Shown here: piece by piece, positions 17,035-27,548 of the stretch
How the letters are laid out: each line of letters starts with the position of its first letter
Numbering within the stretch: position 1 is the first letter of the stretch
Source: Chthonomonadales bacterium
Lineage (GTDB): Bacteria > Armatimonadota > Chthonomonadetes > Chthonomonadales > CAJBBX01
Assembly: GCA_013360745.1 (NCBI GenBank)
Contig: JABWBA010000006.1
Coordinates: 8,308-72,307 of the forward strand
DNA length: 64,000 nucleotides
Direction: 5' to 3'
The notes under the pieces: generated by a model
Databases searched by the model: none
Told to the model about the DNA's origin: nothing
The model's input: only the letters and a program-made list of their open reading frames with translations
Position numbers and translations under genes: made by a program

Positions 17035-19038
17035 TTATCGTCCATCCTCACCCTCGTATGGCCCGCCCGGGAGCCGTTCCAGGGTGATCGTGACCAGATC
17101 CAGGCCGATCGTCCCCGCACTCCCCGCGCGCAGCTTGAGCATGAGAGGGTTGGGACCTTGCTCGAACGTACCGACGCCTAGGACGAGTGTCCGAACGCTC
17201 GTTTTCGGGTCGTTCAGATCGCAGGCCGAACCGACCGGCATCTCGTCTCGGGTCCATTGCACCGAACCGGCTTCCGGACTAGCGATCGCTTCGATCGACA
17301 CCCTGTAGTGCCCGGATGCCGGCGTGTCGCACACGGGCTCAAGGAAATGATCCCCGAAGACATCGACGCCGCTGGCGCGGAACGAGAGCAATCGGAGATC
17401 TCGATCGCCGACCCTGGCGACCCGCTTGCTCAGGGTCGCACGCTCCAGTGAGAAGGAACGGATCGGGATATTCCAGCCCGTCGCGAAGCTGATCCGATCG
17501 GGATCCCGTACGGTGCGCCCCGGCACATCGGGCAGCACGCCCGCACCGGCAGGCGGACGGTCGGCGTAGAGATAGGTGACGCCCACATAGTCGGTCACCA
17601 TGTTGTTCTTCTCCGGCGCGTGCTCGATGGCGAAATGAATGCTCTTATGGAATGCGACGGGATCTGGCAGCAGGAAGCGCCACCCGCCGGTGCGTCCGAG
17701 GTGTTTGCGGTAGTCAAGGCATCCGCTGAAGACCAGCGAGCGGCGGGCATCCCATCGGCCCGGCACGTCGTACCAGCCGCCGTTGAAGAAATCCTCGGAA
17801 CCCGTGCCGTGGATGGCCAGTTCCCCGTCGATCGTGATCTGATCGTCCCCTTCGAAGAACAGAGTGCCGCCCGGATCGGCGCCCTGCGATTGGAGCGTGG
17901 CGCCGACCACGCGCCCTCGTCCTTCGGTTCTGAGCCAGGTGAACGGCTCACCGATCGTCGTCGGGTTTTCGCGGGTCCAGACAGCGTAGAATCGGCCCTC
18001 GTCCGCTCTGCGCGGTGTCGCTGCCCAAACGACCTCGGCCTCGATAGGGATAGGCGGCCCAGAGGTCCGCTGGTCGACGAGCGCGATCTGGGCGGATCGA
18101 TCGTAGGGCATCGGAAGGTAGCAGTAGCCAGTGTTATCCCGGGAGCCTGCAAGGAGCCCTGCCATCGCGGGCTCGCCGAAGAACGCCCCAAAGAAGTCGC
18201 CGGCGGGGCAGAGAACTGCTGGCTGCCGAGCGCCGTCGAAACTGATCTTCAGCACGATCGCTCGGTCCTTCCCGGCGATCGCTGAGGCAGGGGAGATCCG
18301 GAGCCCGACGATCCTTCCGCCCCGCTTCACATCGAACACTCGGATAGCGCTGCCCGGCGCGAGCTTCTTAGAGATCCGTACGGTCTTAGCCTCGGAGCCG
18401 GGCGGGAGCATCAGGGCGGGGAGATCGGCCCCTTGCTTGAACAGGGGCGAGGTCTCGGCATCGATTCGTTTCGCATACTCCGGAGTCCAGCTCTCGATCG
18501 GCGCGCCTTCGGGATAGGTGGCATAGTTGATTTGATAGAAGTTCATCAGGGGGCCGCGGAAGGCGATCTTCAGCGACCGAGCGAAGGGAATCGGAGCGTA
18601 GGAATAGAAGCCGCCGACGCCATGGCCGACGAGATGCGCCGGGAAGCCCATCTCTTCGCCAAGAAACAGCCGGTCGAAGGGGACACGGAGGCGAGGTTCC
18701 GTTTCACCGTCAAAATAGAACTCTAGTGGCTCCTTTTTCGGCGTCGGCGTGCTGATCCGTTGAAGGATCCCGGGCCCCTTCAGGTCGGCGATGATGAGCG
18801 CATCGCCCTCCTTGCGGATAAAGGAGTACTTGCCGGAGAAGCCGTCGTCATTGCCGCCGGTCCGGTCGTAGCTCGACACCCCGCCGACCTTTTCCTGTCC
18901 GAGGACCGGCAGCAGGTAGGGCCGCGCCAGCAGGGTCATCGCGTCCGGAGCCCGGGCCGGCCCTGCGTGGGTGGCCGCAGGGATGGCGAGGCAAAGAACC
19001 GCAAACATGGTCACGACCTCCGGGGGAAGGGTTGGCAT
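17035..19038 (-). CDS. DUF2961 domain protein (GH172-type) with C-terminal extension
   Basis: Same frame as ORF 17035..19077. ATG 19038 follows GAAGGA and gives the signal MPTLPPEVVTMFAVLCLAIPAATHA. VSSYDRTGGNDDGF and HGTGSEDFFNGGWY are DUF2961 hallmarks. Confidence 0.75.
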   Translation of the reverse strand: MPTLPPEVVTMFAVLCLAIPAATHAGPARAPDAMTLLARPYLLPVLGQEKVGGVSSYDRTGGNDDGFSGKYSFIRKEGDALIIADLKGPGILQRISTPTPKKEPLEFYFDGETEPRLRVPFDRLFLGEEMGFPAHLVGHGVGGFYSYAPIPFARSLKIAFRGPLMNFYQINYATYPEGAPIESWTPEYAKRIDAETSPLFKQGADLPALMLPPGSEAKTVRISKKLAPGSAIRVFDVKRGGRIVGLRISPASAIAGKDRAIVLKISFDGARQPAVLCPAGDFFGAFFGEPAMAGLLAGSRDNTGYCYLPMPYDRSAQIALVDQRTSGPPIPIEAEVVWAATPRRADEGRFYAVWTRENPTTIGEPFTWLRTEGRGRVVGATLQSQGADPGGTLFFEGDDQITIDGELAIHGTGSEDFFNGGWYDVPGRWDARRSLVFSGCLDYRKHLGRTGGWRFLLPDPVAFHKSIHFAIEHAPEKNNMVTDYVGVTYLYADRPPAGAGVLPDVPGRTVRDPDRISFATGWNIPIRSFSLERATLSKRVARVGDRDLRLLSFRASGVDVFGDHFLEPVCDTPASGHYRVSIEAIASPEAGSVQWTRDEMPVGSACDLNDPKTSVRTLVLGVGTFEQGPNPLMLKLRAGSAGTIGLDLVTITLERLPGGPYEGEDGR

Positions 19039-19086
19039 CGAGCCATCCTTCGCCCTCCGGTCGACCGACTCCTGCACAAGCCCCGT

Positions 19087-19133
19087 CGGGGATCACCCTC
19101 CCGACGATGGACGCGGTCGGGGCGTGATCCCCG
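19087..19133 (-). terminator. long imperfect hairpin downstream of uvrA
   Basis: CGGGGATCAC (19087-19096) pairs with GTGATCCCCG (19124-19133). There is an inner CCCGAC/GTCGGG stem. It starts 32 nt after the uvrA stop. No U-tract. Confidence 0.4.
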
Positions 19134-19164
19134 GCGCCGTTCGGCGAGACGGCTCGACACAATG

Positions 19165-22104
19165 TCATTCCATACTGGCATCGATGGCTTTACGAAGGTA
19201 GCGGCCGGTGTGGCTGATCGGGGATGCCGCGACTTCCTCGGGCGTGCCGACGGCTACAACCTCACCGCCGCGATGCCCCCCCTCCGGTCCGAGATCGATG
19301 ATGTAATCGGCCGTCTTGATGACGTCCAGGTTATGCTCGATGACAAGAACGCTGTTGCCGGCGTCGACGAGCCGGTTGAGAACGCCGAGAAGCTTCTCAA
19401 TATCGGCGAAATGGAGCCCGGTGGTGGGCTCATCGAGGACATAGAGTGTGTTGCCCGTATCACGACGGGAAAGCTCCGAGGCGAGCTTGATCCGCTGAGC
19501 TTCGCCGCCCGAGAGTGTGGTTGCCGGTTGACCCAATCGAATGTAGTCCAGCCCCACGTCCCGGAGGGTCGCGAGCTTCCTCCGGATGCGCGGCACGGCA
19601 TCGAAGAGCGTGAGGGCTTCGCTGACGGTGAGGTTCAGAACATCGGCGATGCTCTTCCCTTTATACAGGACTTCCAGCGTCTCCCGGTTGTAGCGCCGCC
19701 CTTTGCAGACCTCGCACGGGACATAGACATCGGGGAGGAAGTGCATCTCGATCTTGATGATGCCATCTCCCTTGCAGTGCTCGCAGCGCCCTCCGTGGAC
19801 GTTGAAGGAGAAGCGGCCCGGCTTGTAGCCCCGCACGCGGGCGTCGGGCGTCGAGGCGAATAGCTCCCGAATCGGATCGAAGACACCGGTGTACGTTGCT
19901 GGATTGGAGCGAGGCGTGCGGCCGATTGGCGATTGGTCGATATCGATCACCTTATCGACGTTCTCGATGCCGAGGATCTCCTCGTGGTCGGCCCAGGCGG
20001 CTCTGGAGCCGTGGAGCGCCCGCAGCAATCTCGGGAGGAGGGTCTCCCGCACGAGGGTTGATTTGCCCGAACCGGAGACCCCCGTGACGCAGACGAAGAT
20101 CCCGAGCGGAATCCGTACGTTGATCCCCTTCAGGTTGTGTGCCTTCGCCCCCCGAATCTCCAGCCAGCCCTTTCCAGCTCCCGGATCCTCAGCATCTGCC
20201 GTGACATCGGGCAGGGGTCGACGGGTCTCCGGTACGGCGATGCGCCGAGCTCCGCTGAGATATTGCCCCGTGAGCGACTCAGGACAGGCAACGATGTCGG
20301 CAAGGGAGCCCTGGGCGATCACCCTGCCGCCATGCTCGCCTGCGCCCGGGCCGATGTCGACGATATGGTCCGCGGCCTCCATCGTCTCCTCGTCGTGCTC
20401 GACGACGATGATGGTATTGCCGAGATCCCGCAGGCGCTGCAGGGTCCCGATCAGCCGAACGTTGTCTCGCTGATGGAGGCCGATGCTCGGCTCATCCAGG
20501 ATATAGAGGACACCCATAAGTCCCGATCCGATCTGCGTGGCGAGCCGGATCCGCTGGGCCTCCCCGCCCGCCAGCGTCGCCGCCGTCCGGTCCAGCGTTA
20601 GATAGTCGAGCCCTACGTCGACGAGGAACGTGAGGCGAGCCCGTATCTCCTTGACGATCTGACGCGCGATCGTCTCCTCCCTTGCGCTTAAGTTCAGGCT
20701 GCCGAACCGCTCGTGCGCCTCCGCGATCGACCAACGGGCCATATCGGCGATGCTCATCTCGTCGATCGTAACGGCTAGGGCCTCGGGCTTGAGACGGGCG
20801 CCGTGACAGGAAGGACAGGGTCGGGTGGTTCGGTAGTGGTCCAGTTCGTCCTTGATGTAGTCGCTCGTAGTCTGGTTGTACCGTTGCTCCAGCATCGGAA
20901 TCACACCGCCGAACTTGCTGTTGAACGTGCGAACCCGCCCCCATCGGTTCCGAAACTGGACCGCCACATTGCCGGGCAGGCCGTACAACAGCGCGTTGAG
21001 AGGGTTCTCCGCCATCTCAGCGATCGGAGTGTCGAGAGTGAAGCCAACGTTCTCACCGACTCCGGCGAGCAGGCTCAGGAGGTACTCCGAGTAGTTGGCG
21101 CCCGGCGTTTTCGGCATGATCGCGGCCAGGGCCCCGCCGCGAATGCTCAGGCGTCGGTCGGGGATGATCCGATCGGGGTCGAACTCCGTCTTCGTGCCGA
21201 GGCCGTGGCAGTCGGGGCAGGCGCCGTACGGGCTGTTGAACGAGAACGTGCGGGGCGCGACCTCTTCCATGCCGATGCCGCAGGCGGAACAGGCGAAACG
21301 CTCGGAGAAGAGCATCTCCTCAAGGGGCGTCGATTCGCTTCCCCCGTCGCCGGCAGCCACGGGCAGGACGGCCACCGCGCCGTCACCCTTCTTCAGGGCG
21401 GTCTCCAGCGAGTCCGCGAGGCGACGGTCGATATCGGGCCGCACGATGAGCCGGTCCACGACGATATCGATCCAGTGCTGTTTGTACCGATCCAGGTCCG
21501 GTGCGTCCTCGGCGCTGAGATCAACGATGCGACCGTCGATGCGTACCCGGGTGAAGCCCTCGCGGCGGATATCCTCGATCTCCTTCCGGTACTCCCCTTT
21601 TCGGCCCTTGACGATGGGGGCAAGGAGCTGGATCCGCGTCCCCTCCGGCAGTTCGCGGATCCGATCGACGATCTGTTCGACGGACTGCTGGGCGATCTCC
21701 CTGCCGCACCGGGGGCAGTGGGGGTGGCCGACTCGGGCGAACAGAAGGCGGAGGTAATCGTAGATCTCAGTTACCGTGCCGACGGTGGACCGGGGGTTGC
21801 GGCTGGTCGACTTCTGATCGATCGAAACGGCGGGGGATAGCCCCTCGATGTAGTCGACATCCGGTTTGTCCATCTGGCCAAGGAACTGGCGGGCGTAGGC
21901 GGACAGGCTTTCGACATAGCGCCGCTGACCCTCGGCATAGAGGGTATCGAACGCGAGAGAGGACTTGCCCGATCCCGATATGCCCGTGATGACGATGAGC
22001 CGATCGCGCGGGAGCTCGATATCGACGTCCTTTAGGTTGTGTTGGCGAGCGCCTCGGATGACGATCCGGTCGTGGGGCATGCCAGGCTCCTGAACGACGG
22101 TCAC
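19165..22104 (-). CDS. uvrA: excinuclease ABC subunit A
   Basis: 979 aa. Contains [23 protein letters not shown], zinc-finger cysteines ([25 protein letters not shown]) and a second ABC module, [12 protein letters not shown]. An alternative start is ATG 22080. Confidence 0.97.
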   Translation of the reverse strand: MTVVQEPGMPHDRIVIRGARQHNLKDVDIELPRDRLIVITGISGSGKSSLAFDTLYAEGQRRYVESLSAYARQFLGQMDKPDVDYIEGLSPAVSIDQKSTSRNPRSTVGTVTEIYDYLRLLFARVGHPHCPRCGREIAQQSVEQIVDRIRELPEGTRIQLLAPIVKGRKGEYRKEIEDIRREGFTRVRIDGRIVDLSAEDAPDLDRYKQHWIDIVVDRLIVRPDIDRRLADSLETALKKGDGAVAVLPVAAGDGGSESTPLEEMLFSERFACSACGIGMEEVAPRTFSFNSPYGACPDCHGLGTKTEFDPDRIIPDRRLSIRGGALAAIMPKTPGANYSEYLLSLLAGVGENVGFTLDTPIAEMAENPLNALLYGLPGNVAVQFRNRWGRVRTFNSKFGGVIPMLEQRYNQTTSDYIKDELDHYRTTRPCPSCHGARLKPEALAVTIDEMSIADMARWSIAEAHERFGSLNLSAREETIARQIVKEIRARLTFLVDVGLDYLTLDRTAATLAGGEAQRIRLATQIGSGLMGVLYILDEPSIGLHQRDNVRLIGTLQRLRDLGNTIIVVEHDEETMEAADHIVDIGPGAGEHGGRVIAQGSLADIVACPESLTGQYLSGARRIAVPETRRPLPDVTADAEDPGAGKGWLEIRGAKAHNLKGINVRIPLGIFVCVTGVSGSGKSTLVRETLLPRLLRALHGSRAAWADHEEILGIENVDKVIDIDQSPIGRTPRSNPATYTGVFDPIRELFASTPDARVRGYKPGRFSFNVHGGRCEHCKGDGIIKIEMHFLPDVYVPCEVCKGRRYNRETLEVLYKGKSIADVLNLTVSEALTLFDAVPRIRRKLATLRDVGLDYIRLGQPATTLSGGEAQRIKLASELSRRDTGNTLYVLDEPTTGLHFADIEKLLGVLNRLVDAGNSVLVIEHNLDVIKTADYIIDLGPEGGHRGGEVVAVGTPEEVAASPISHTGRYLRKAIDASME

Positions 22105-22224
22105 GTCGGAGCCATCCGGCCCGACGGAGCGAATACCGTTATTCTAGACCGAACGGGCCTCCCGATCACGCCTCTACCGACCGCGGGCAGGTACTCTGAT
22201 ACGGACCACAGGATCGGGTCCAGC

Positions 22225-23073
22225 ATGGAGGCATACGGCATGTATCTGGCATTGAGTCCCGGGGCGCTCGGGATGCACACAGGATCGCTGGCGGAGGCTA
22301 TCGCGCTCGCGAAGGAGACCGGCTACGGCGGCGTCGAGTTCAGCATTCAGGAAGCCGCGTCGCTCATCGAGTCCGACGGCGCCGATTCGGTCCGCGCCCT
22401 CTTCGCCGCTGCCGGCATCCGCCCCGCCGGCTTCGGTCTGCCGGTGGCGTGGAACGGCTCGGAGGAGGATTGGAAGGAAGGGCTCGATCGACTCGTCGTC
22501 TACGCCCGGGCCGCGGAGGCTCTCGGCTGCCATCGCACGTTCACCTGGATCCTGTCCGGCAGCAATGACCGAACCGAGGCCGAGAACCGCGCCTTCCATA
22601 TCGAACGGTTCCGACCGATCGCGGAGATCCTCAACGCCCACGGCTGCCGTCTCGGACTCGAGTTCCTCGGGCCGAAGACGATCCGAAAGGACCTGAAATA
22701 CCCCTTTGTCCATGATACGCCGGGCATGATGGGCCTTGCCCGGGAAATCGGGTCCAACGTCGGCTTGCTGCTCGATTCCTGGCACTGGCATACTTCCGCC
22801 GGTCGCCCTGGCGACATCCTCCGCCTGACCGCCCGGGACGTCGTCTATGTCCATGTCAACGACGCTCCTCCGGATGTCCTCCTCGATGACCATATCGACA
22901 GCAAGCGCGCGCTCCCGGGCGCCACCGGTGTCATCGATATGAACGGCTTCCTGAACGCGCTTGAGAGTATCGGATATGACGGCCCCATCGTTGCAGAGCC
23001 GTTTGGCAATCCGGCGAGCTGGGCTGCGGATCTGATGCGCGCCGCGCTCAAACGCGCCCGAAGCGCAGCCTGA
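22225..23073 (+). CDS. sugar phosphate isomerase/epimerase (xylose isomerase-like TIM barrel)
   Basis: Same frame as ORF 22039..23073. I moved the start to ATG 22225, because the longer form would overlap uvrA. Motifs: ETGYGGVEF, LGLEFL, DSWHW, VHVND. Confidence 0.75.
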   Translation: MEAYGMYLALSPGALGMHTGSLAEAIALAKETGYGGVEFSIQEAASLIESDGADSVRALFAAAGIRPAGFGLPVAWNGSEEDWKEGLDRLVVYARAAEALGCHRTFTWILSGSNDRTEAENRAFHIERFRPIAEILNAHGCRLGLEFLGPKTIRKDLKYPFVHDTPGMMGLAREIGSNVGLLLDSWHWHTSAGRPGDILRLTARDVVYVHVNDAPPDVLLDDHIDSKRALPGATGVIDMNGFLNALESIGYDGPIVAEPFGNPASWAADLMRAALKRARSAA

Positions 23074-23202
23074 TCGCATACGGGTCGGGCCGTCCTCGGC
23101 CGCAGCGCCGCCCGACGGCCCGCACTCTCTCGTAACCGGGATGCTGTGCGGTTGATGCCGGAAGGACGACGGGCGTCCTGCCCGGCGGCGACCGGTGTTC
23201 GA

Positions 23203-24024
23203 TCAGAACGCGCGAAACGCGGCGGCGCTCAGGGATGCGCACCAGACCGCGTACAGCGATTCGCCGATGCCGACCCTGATGAAATCGGGCATCCGCGGGC
23301 CGAGGCGGCGCCAACCGAGAAGCGCGCGCGCCACAAGGGGCGCGACACCGATCATCAGACAGAGCGCAAACGGAATCGGGGCAAGGCGCAGGGCTGCGAT
23401 CATCGCGATCCCCATCCCGCCATGATAGAGCAGGTTGCCGCGTCCGCAGCGGCGTCGAAGCTCCTCGTTCGCAACGCCGCGCATCCGACCCGCACAAAGG
23501 AGCATCCGGACGTGGAAGACTCCGGAGGCGCCGATCGCGCACTGCACGATCCATAGCGACAGCGCGCGCGACCCATCCGCTCCCGTTCCGACGAAGTAGG
23601 CGAACGGAGCCGCGATCCCGGCGACCCATGTCGCCAGCGCTTCGCCGAAGAGGGTTCGATCCAGTCGTTTGCGCGCCCGGATCCGGGGCAGCAAGGCGAG
23701 CGTCGCCGCGCCGACGAGCGCAGGCGGGATCGTCCAGAGGAATCGAGGGCCCGCGATCCAAACGAGGGCAGCGGCCGCACTCCCCGATACCGTCAGCCAT
23801 AGGGCCGCCCAGAGCCGGACGCCAGGGTATGGTCGACGGCTCAGCGCGTTATTCAGAGAGGCGCGAAGGAAATGGGCCGATACGATCAACGCCAGACAGA
23901 GTCCGCCCGAGGCTGCCGCTGGCGATGGGCTCGCGGCTGTGCCGAGGATGAAGCCGGCAAGCAGGAGAGCCCAGGATCCGTGCTCGCGGGGTACGGGCGG
24001 GCCGGTGACCGCGCCCCGCTTCAC
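23203..24024 (-). CDS. polytopic membrane protein, YwiC-like
   Basis: 273 aa, about 8 hydrophobic segments. The N-terminal PVPREHGSWALLLAGFILG resembles the P.EHGAW start of the YwiC-like family (from memory). The GTG start overlaps the upstream stop (GTGA at 24021-24024). Confidence 0.5.
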   Translation of the reverse strand: MKRGAVTGPPVPREHGSWALLLAGFILGTAASPSPAAASGGLCLALIVSAHFLRASLNNALSRRPYPGVRLWAALWLTVSGSAAAALVWIAGPRFLWTIPPALVGAATLALLPRIRARKRLDRTLFGEALATWVAGIAAPFAYFVGTGADGSRALSLWIVQCAIGASGVFHVRMLLCAGRMRGVANEELRRRCGRGNLLYHGGMGIAMIAALRLAPIPFALCLMIGVAPLVARALLGWRRLGPRMPDFIRVGIGESLYAVWCASLSAAAFRAF

Positions 24025-25292
24025 GATGTCGGGTTCGTGGCGATGGTCGGTCGTGAGCCCATCTCCGGCTGAGGAAGCCCGAGCTGCGTCGTCAACTCCT
24101 TGAGAAAGAACTCACAGTCGGTGACCAGCCCGTACGCCTGATGGGTCCCCCGGTCCAGAAGTTTGATCACCGTGTCGGCGTCGCTATCGACGCAGATCGT
24201 GGTTATCGAAGCTCGGAGGAGGTTGCCGGTGGCGACCGAGTGGAGTGTGGTCGCGACCATGACGGCGATGCCAACACCACGGATCGCGGCGCGCATCGCC
24301 TTCTGCGCCTCCAGTGTGTCGGTGATGACCTCGGGCATGGGACCGTCGTCGCGGATGCTGCCCGCGAGCACAACCTCCACGCCGGCCTGGACGCATGCGT
24401 GCATCACACCCCGTGTCAGGGTCCCATTTCGAACCGCGGCCTGTATGCCGCCCGCGGCTCGGATCGCGTTGATCGCACGGAGATGGTGCTCATGGCCGTG
24501 CGCATCGGATATGCCCGTCGAGAGGTTGACGCCGAGAGAGGTGCCGTACAGGGCGGATTCGATATCGTGCGTCGCGAGCGCATTGCCCGCGAACAGCACG
24601 TCGATCCAGCCCGCTCGGATCAGCTGCTCCAGGCAGCGCCCGGCTCCGGTATGGACGATCGCGGGTCCGCCGACGAACAATATCCGTTCCTGTCTTGCCC
24701 GGCTTTCCTGCATGGCGCGGGCGACGGCTGCGACGACGATCTCCTTGGGCCGCTCCGACGAGACGCCGCTGCCCATAAAATGGAAGGCGCTGTCCGGCTC
24801 CACTCGGGGGAGAGGGGTGACCCGAACGCCAGTATCGCCCACGACGATCCGATCGCCAACCCGAACATCGCCGATCGGGATGCACCGGGCGCGATCCGAC
24901 CCTCCATCCGAGGTGCACACGATGCCGCAGTCCATCTCGATATCTTCCACAGCGATCCAACGACCTCGGAGATAGACCGCCGTATCCAGATTCGTCGTGG
25001 AGTAGAAGCCGTCCGGGAAAACCCCGTTTGCGGGGGCCGCGACACGGCGCGCGTCCTGCGGTGAGACGCGCACCGCCCCATGCCGCCCGATCTCGTGCAG
25101 GATGCGCTCGAGTGTGTCGGCATCGCCGGCGGTAACCACGATCTCCGCCGAACTCGGCTCTTCTTTGGTCCGGCCCATCTGGAAGCGGGCGACCTCATAG
25201 GAGCCGTCGTGCATCAAGACGGTATCCAGGACCTTCGACAACGTCAGCGAATCGATGATATGGCCCACAAGGTGAACGGACTCGGAAGGCAT
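24021..25292 (-). CDS. TIGR00300 / LOR-SDH-domain protein (archaeal-type ornithine cyclodeaminase-like)
   Basis: Same frame as ORF 24021..25343. ATG 25292 follows GGAGGAG (complement of 25301-25310). Segments seen: HLVGHIIDSLTLSKVLD, ILFVGGPAIVHTGAG, DVLFAGNALATHDIE, HEHHLRAINAIR. Confidence 0.7.
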   Translation of the reverse strand: MPSESVHLVGHIIDSLTLSKVLDTVLMHDGSYEVARFQMGRTKEEPSSAEIVVTAGDADTLERILHEIGRHGAVRVSPQDARRVAAPANGVFPDGFYSTTNLDTAVYLRGRWIAVEDIEMDCGIVCTSDGGSDRARCIPIGDVRVGDRIVVGDTGVRVTPLPRVEPDSAFHFMGSGVSSERPKEIVVAAVARAMQESRARQERILFVGGPAIVHTGAGRCLEQLIRAGWIDVLFAGNALATHDIESALYGTSLGVNLSTGISDAHGHEHHLRAINAIRAAGGIQAAVRNGTLTRGVMHACVQAGVEVVLAGSIRDDGPMPEVITDTLEAQKAMRAAIRGVGIAVMVATTLHSVATGNLLRASITTICVDSDADTVIKLLDRGTHQAYGLVTDCEFFLKELTTQLGLPQPEMGSRPTIATNPTS

Positions 25293-25457
25293 GGTGTGCC
25301 GATCTCCTCCAATCGTAGCGGACCCTGAGGATACCACCGGCACAGACGAAAGAAGGCTGTTCCGTACAGGAGAACGGGGGGTACCGGGCGAAATACCCTG
25401 TCGTTTGCCGCATCGGACCGCGGCTGCCCAAGTCCCTGAGATAGGAGAACGTCCACG

Positions 25458-26198
25458 ATGAGTCTCACCTGGTCCCGCTCACGCTGGCTTATGGCCCTAT
25501 GCTGCTTCAGCTTTCTGCCGCTCCTGATATCGATGCCTGCCACCGCACGCCTTCAGGAGGAGGCTAAACCAGTTGCCGTGCGGGTAGCGCCGGAAGCGCC
25601 CGAGGGCGCGGTCGTGCTGTTCGCAGGCAAGGGCGATGAGATCGGAGCCAACTGGTTCAAACGGGGCTCCACCGATCCGGCTCCGTGGGTTCTCACGCCC
25701 GAGGGCGCCATGACGCCCCGCTCCGGCGATATCACCTCGAAGGCGGAGTTCGGCGACTGCATGATCCATGTCGAGTTTCGCCCAACCGTGGACGCGGAGG
25801 GCAAGACGAAAGGGCACGGCAATGCTGGAGTGGGGATCGCGGGCCGGTACGAAATCCAGATCATGGATTCCTACCGTGCGGAGCCGTCGGTCGGCGGCTG
25901 CGGCGCGATGTACAGCCAGAAACCGCCCCGCGTCAACGTGAGCAAGAAGGCGGGCGAATGGCAGAGCTTCGAGATCATCTTCCGGGCGCCCCGGTTTGAT
26001 GACCAGGGCAAGGTCGTTGAGAAGGCGCGGGCGACCGTTCTCCAGAACGGTGTGGTCATCCATAACAACGCCGAGTTTGCGGGGCCGACCGGCATCCAGT
26101 ACGGTGAGTTTGCCGGTGAAGCGCCGAAGGGGCCGATTGTCCTGCAGGGCGATCATGATCCGGTGGAGTTCCGCAACATCTGGGTGATCCCGCTCTAG
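25458..26198 (+). CDS. DUF1080 (3-keto-disaccharide hydrolase-like) secreted protein
   Basis: 246 aa with a signal peptide. Contains FGDCMIHVEFR, GNAGVGIAGRYEIQIMDSY and the C-terminal GPIVLQGDHDPVEFRNIWVIPL typical of DUF1080. Confidence 0.8.
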   Translation: MSLTWSRSRWLMALCCFSFLPLLISMPATARLQEEAKPVAVRVAPEAPEGAVVLFAGKGDEIGANWFKRGSTDPAPWVLTPEGAMTPRSGDITSKAEFGDCMIHVEFRPTVDAEGKTKGHGNAGVGIAGRYEIQIMDSYRAEPSVGGCGAMYSQKPPRVNVSKKAGEWQSFEIIFRAPRFDDQGKVVEKARATVLQNGVVIHNNAEFAGPTGIQYGEFAGEAPKGPIVLQGDHDPVEFRNIWVIPL

Positions 26199-26273
26199 CG
26201 TCCAGACGTGTGCAACCCCTACTGAGCCGCTCAGGCGAACATCGCAGAGGACCGTGACTCGGGACCACCATCG

Positions 26274-27548
26274 GTGACCAACGGGACCTCCCATCTGAGC
26301 GCCGGCCGTCTTGCCGGGATGAGCCTCTACTGGCTGGCTGTGAACGTCCAGTGGGGGGCGCTGCTCATCGCGCTGATCCCCGCCGAGGCGGTGCAGCTCC
26401 GACGGCTCGACCATGCGCGCCTCCTCAGCCTGATCCTCGGGATCGGCGCCGTCGTCGCGCTGATTCTGCCTCCGTTCGTCGGTGCGCTGTCAGACCGGTG
26501 CCGCCATCCTTGGGGGCGACGTCGCCCGTACATGGCCGCCGGCACGGCATTGAACCTTGTGGGCCTGCTGCTCCTCGCCACAGCGGCCCGCGCCGGGTCG
26601 GTCGCGCTGTACATCCTCGCGTATCTGGTCGTCCAGTTCGGCAGCAACGTGGCAACCGCGGCCTATAGCGGGATCATCCCCGATGCTGTGGAACCCTCGC
26701 AACGGGGCGCAGCCAGTGGCTGGATGGCGGTGATGACCCATTGCGGCACCATCCTCGGCGCGCTCGGCGGCGGGATACTGGTGCAGAGGGGTTTATCCGG
26801 CTGGCTCTACGGGGTGATCGCGCTTCTCCTCCCCCTGACTCTGGCGGTTACGGCCGCGGCGGTACCGGAACGACCGGGGTCACCGTCCGGCGAGCCGCTC
26901 CGCCCGGGCCAGATCCTGCGGAGCCTGTGGCTCAACCCGCGGCGGTATCCCGACTTCGGATGGGTATGGGCCACCCGGTTTCTGTTCACGGCCGGCATGT
27001 GGATGGTTCAGCCCTTCATCCAGTACTATCTGCGGGACGTAATCGGATCCGCTCAGGCGGCTGAGGACGCGGGCCGAGTGATCGGCATCGCCCTGGCCGG
27101 GGCGACCGTCACCGGTCTGCTCGGTGGGGCGCTTTCGGATCGGTTCGGCCGCAAACGGGTCGTCTATGTGGCGAACGGCCTGATGGCGGCGGTATCGCTC
27201 GGTTTCATGGTCGTGGGCGGGATGCCGGGCGTATACGTGACCGCGACTCTGTACGGGCTCGCCTTCGGGGCGTACTATAGTGTTGATTGGGCGCTCGGTT
27301 GCGATGTGCTGCCGAACAAGCAGGATGCGGCGAAGGATATGGGCGTGTGGCACATCGCGATGGTCCTGCCCCAAAGCATCGCACCGGCGCTCAGCGGGCT
27401 GATCCTGACCATGGGCGGCGTCCGCGTCGGTGCGGGCGCCGCTGAACCCCATTACCGGCCCGGAGCCTACCTGGTCCTGTTCGCGTCCGCGTCGTTGCTG
27501 TTGGCGCTGAGCGCGTGGCTTCTCCGCAACGTCCGGGGCGTCCGTTAG
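26274..27548 (+). CDS. MFS transporter
   Basis: 424 aa, about 12 hydrophobic segments. MFS motif-A-like loops occur in both halves: GALSDRCRHPWGRRRP and GALSDRFGRKRV. Confidence 0.8.
   Translation: MTNGTSHLSAGRLAGMSLYWLAVNVQWGALLIALIPAEAVQLRRLDHARLLSLILGIGAVVALILPPFVGALSDRCRHPWGRRRPYMAAGTALNLVGLLLLATAARAGSVALYILAYLVVQFGSNVATAAYSGIIPDAVEPSQRGAASGWMAVMTHCGTILGALGGGILVQRGLSGWLYGVIALLLPLTLAVTAAAVPERPGSPSGEPLRPGQILRSLWLNPRRYPDFGWVWATRFLFTAGMWMVQPFIQYYLRDVIGSAQAAEDAGRVIGIALAGATVTGLLGGALSDRFGRKRVVYVANGLMAAVSLGFMVVGGMPGVYVTATLYGLAFGAYYSVDWALGCDVLPNKQDAAKDMGVWHIAMVLPQSIAPALSGLILTMGGVRVGAGAAEPHYRPGAYLVLFASASLLLALSAWLLRNVRGVR

Noticed and set aside
16860-17120. Upstream 87 codons of ORF 16533..17120.
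   Set aside because: They are Arg/Ser/His-rich with no structure-like pattern. A GGAACC-ttcgacc-GGTTCC hairpin (16977-16995), placed after the DUF2961 stop, falls inside them, which suggests the region is intergenic.
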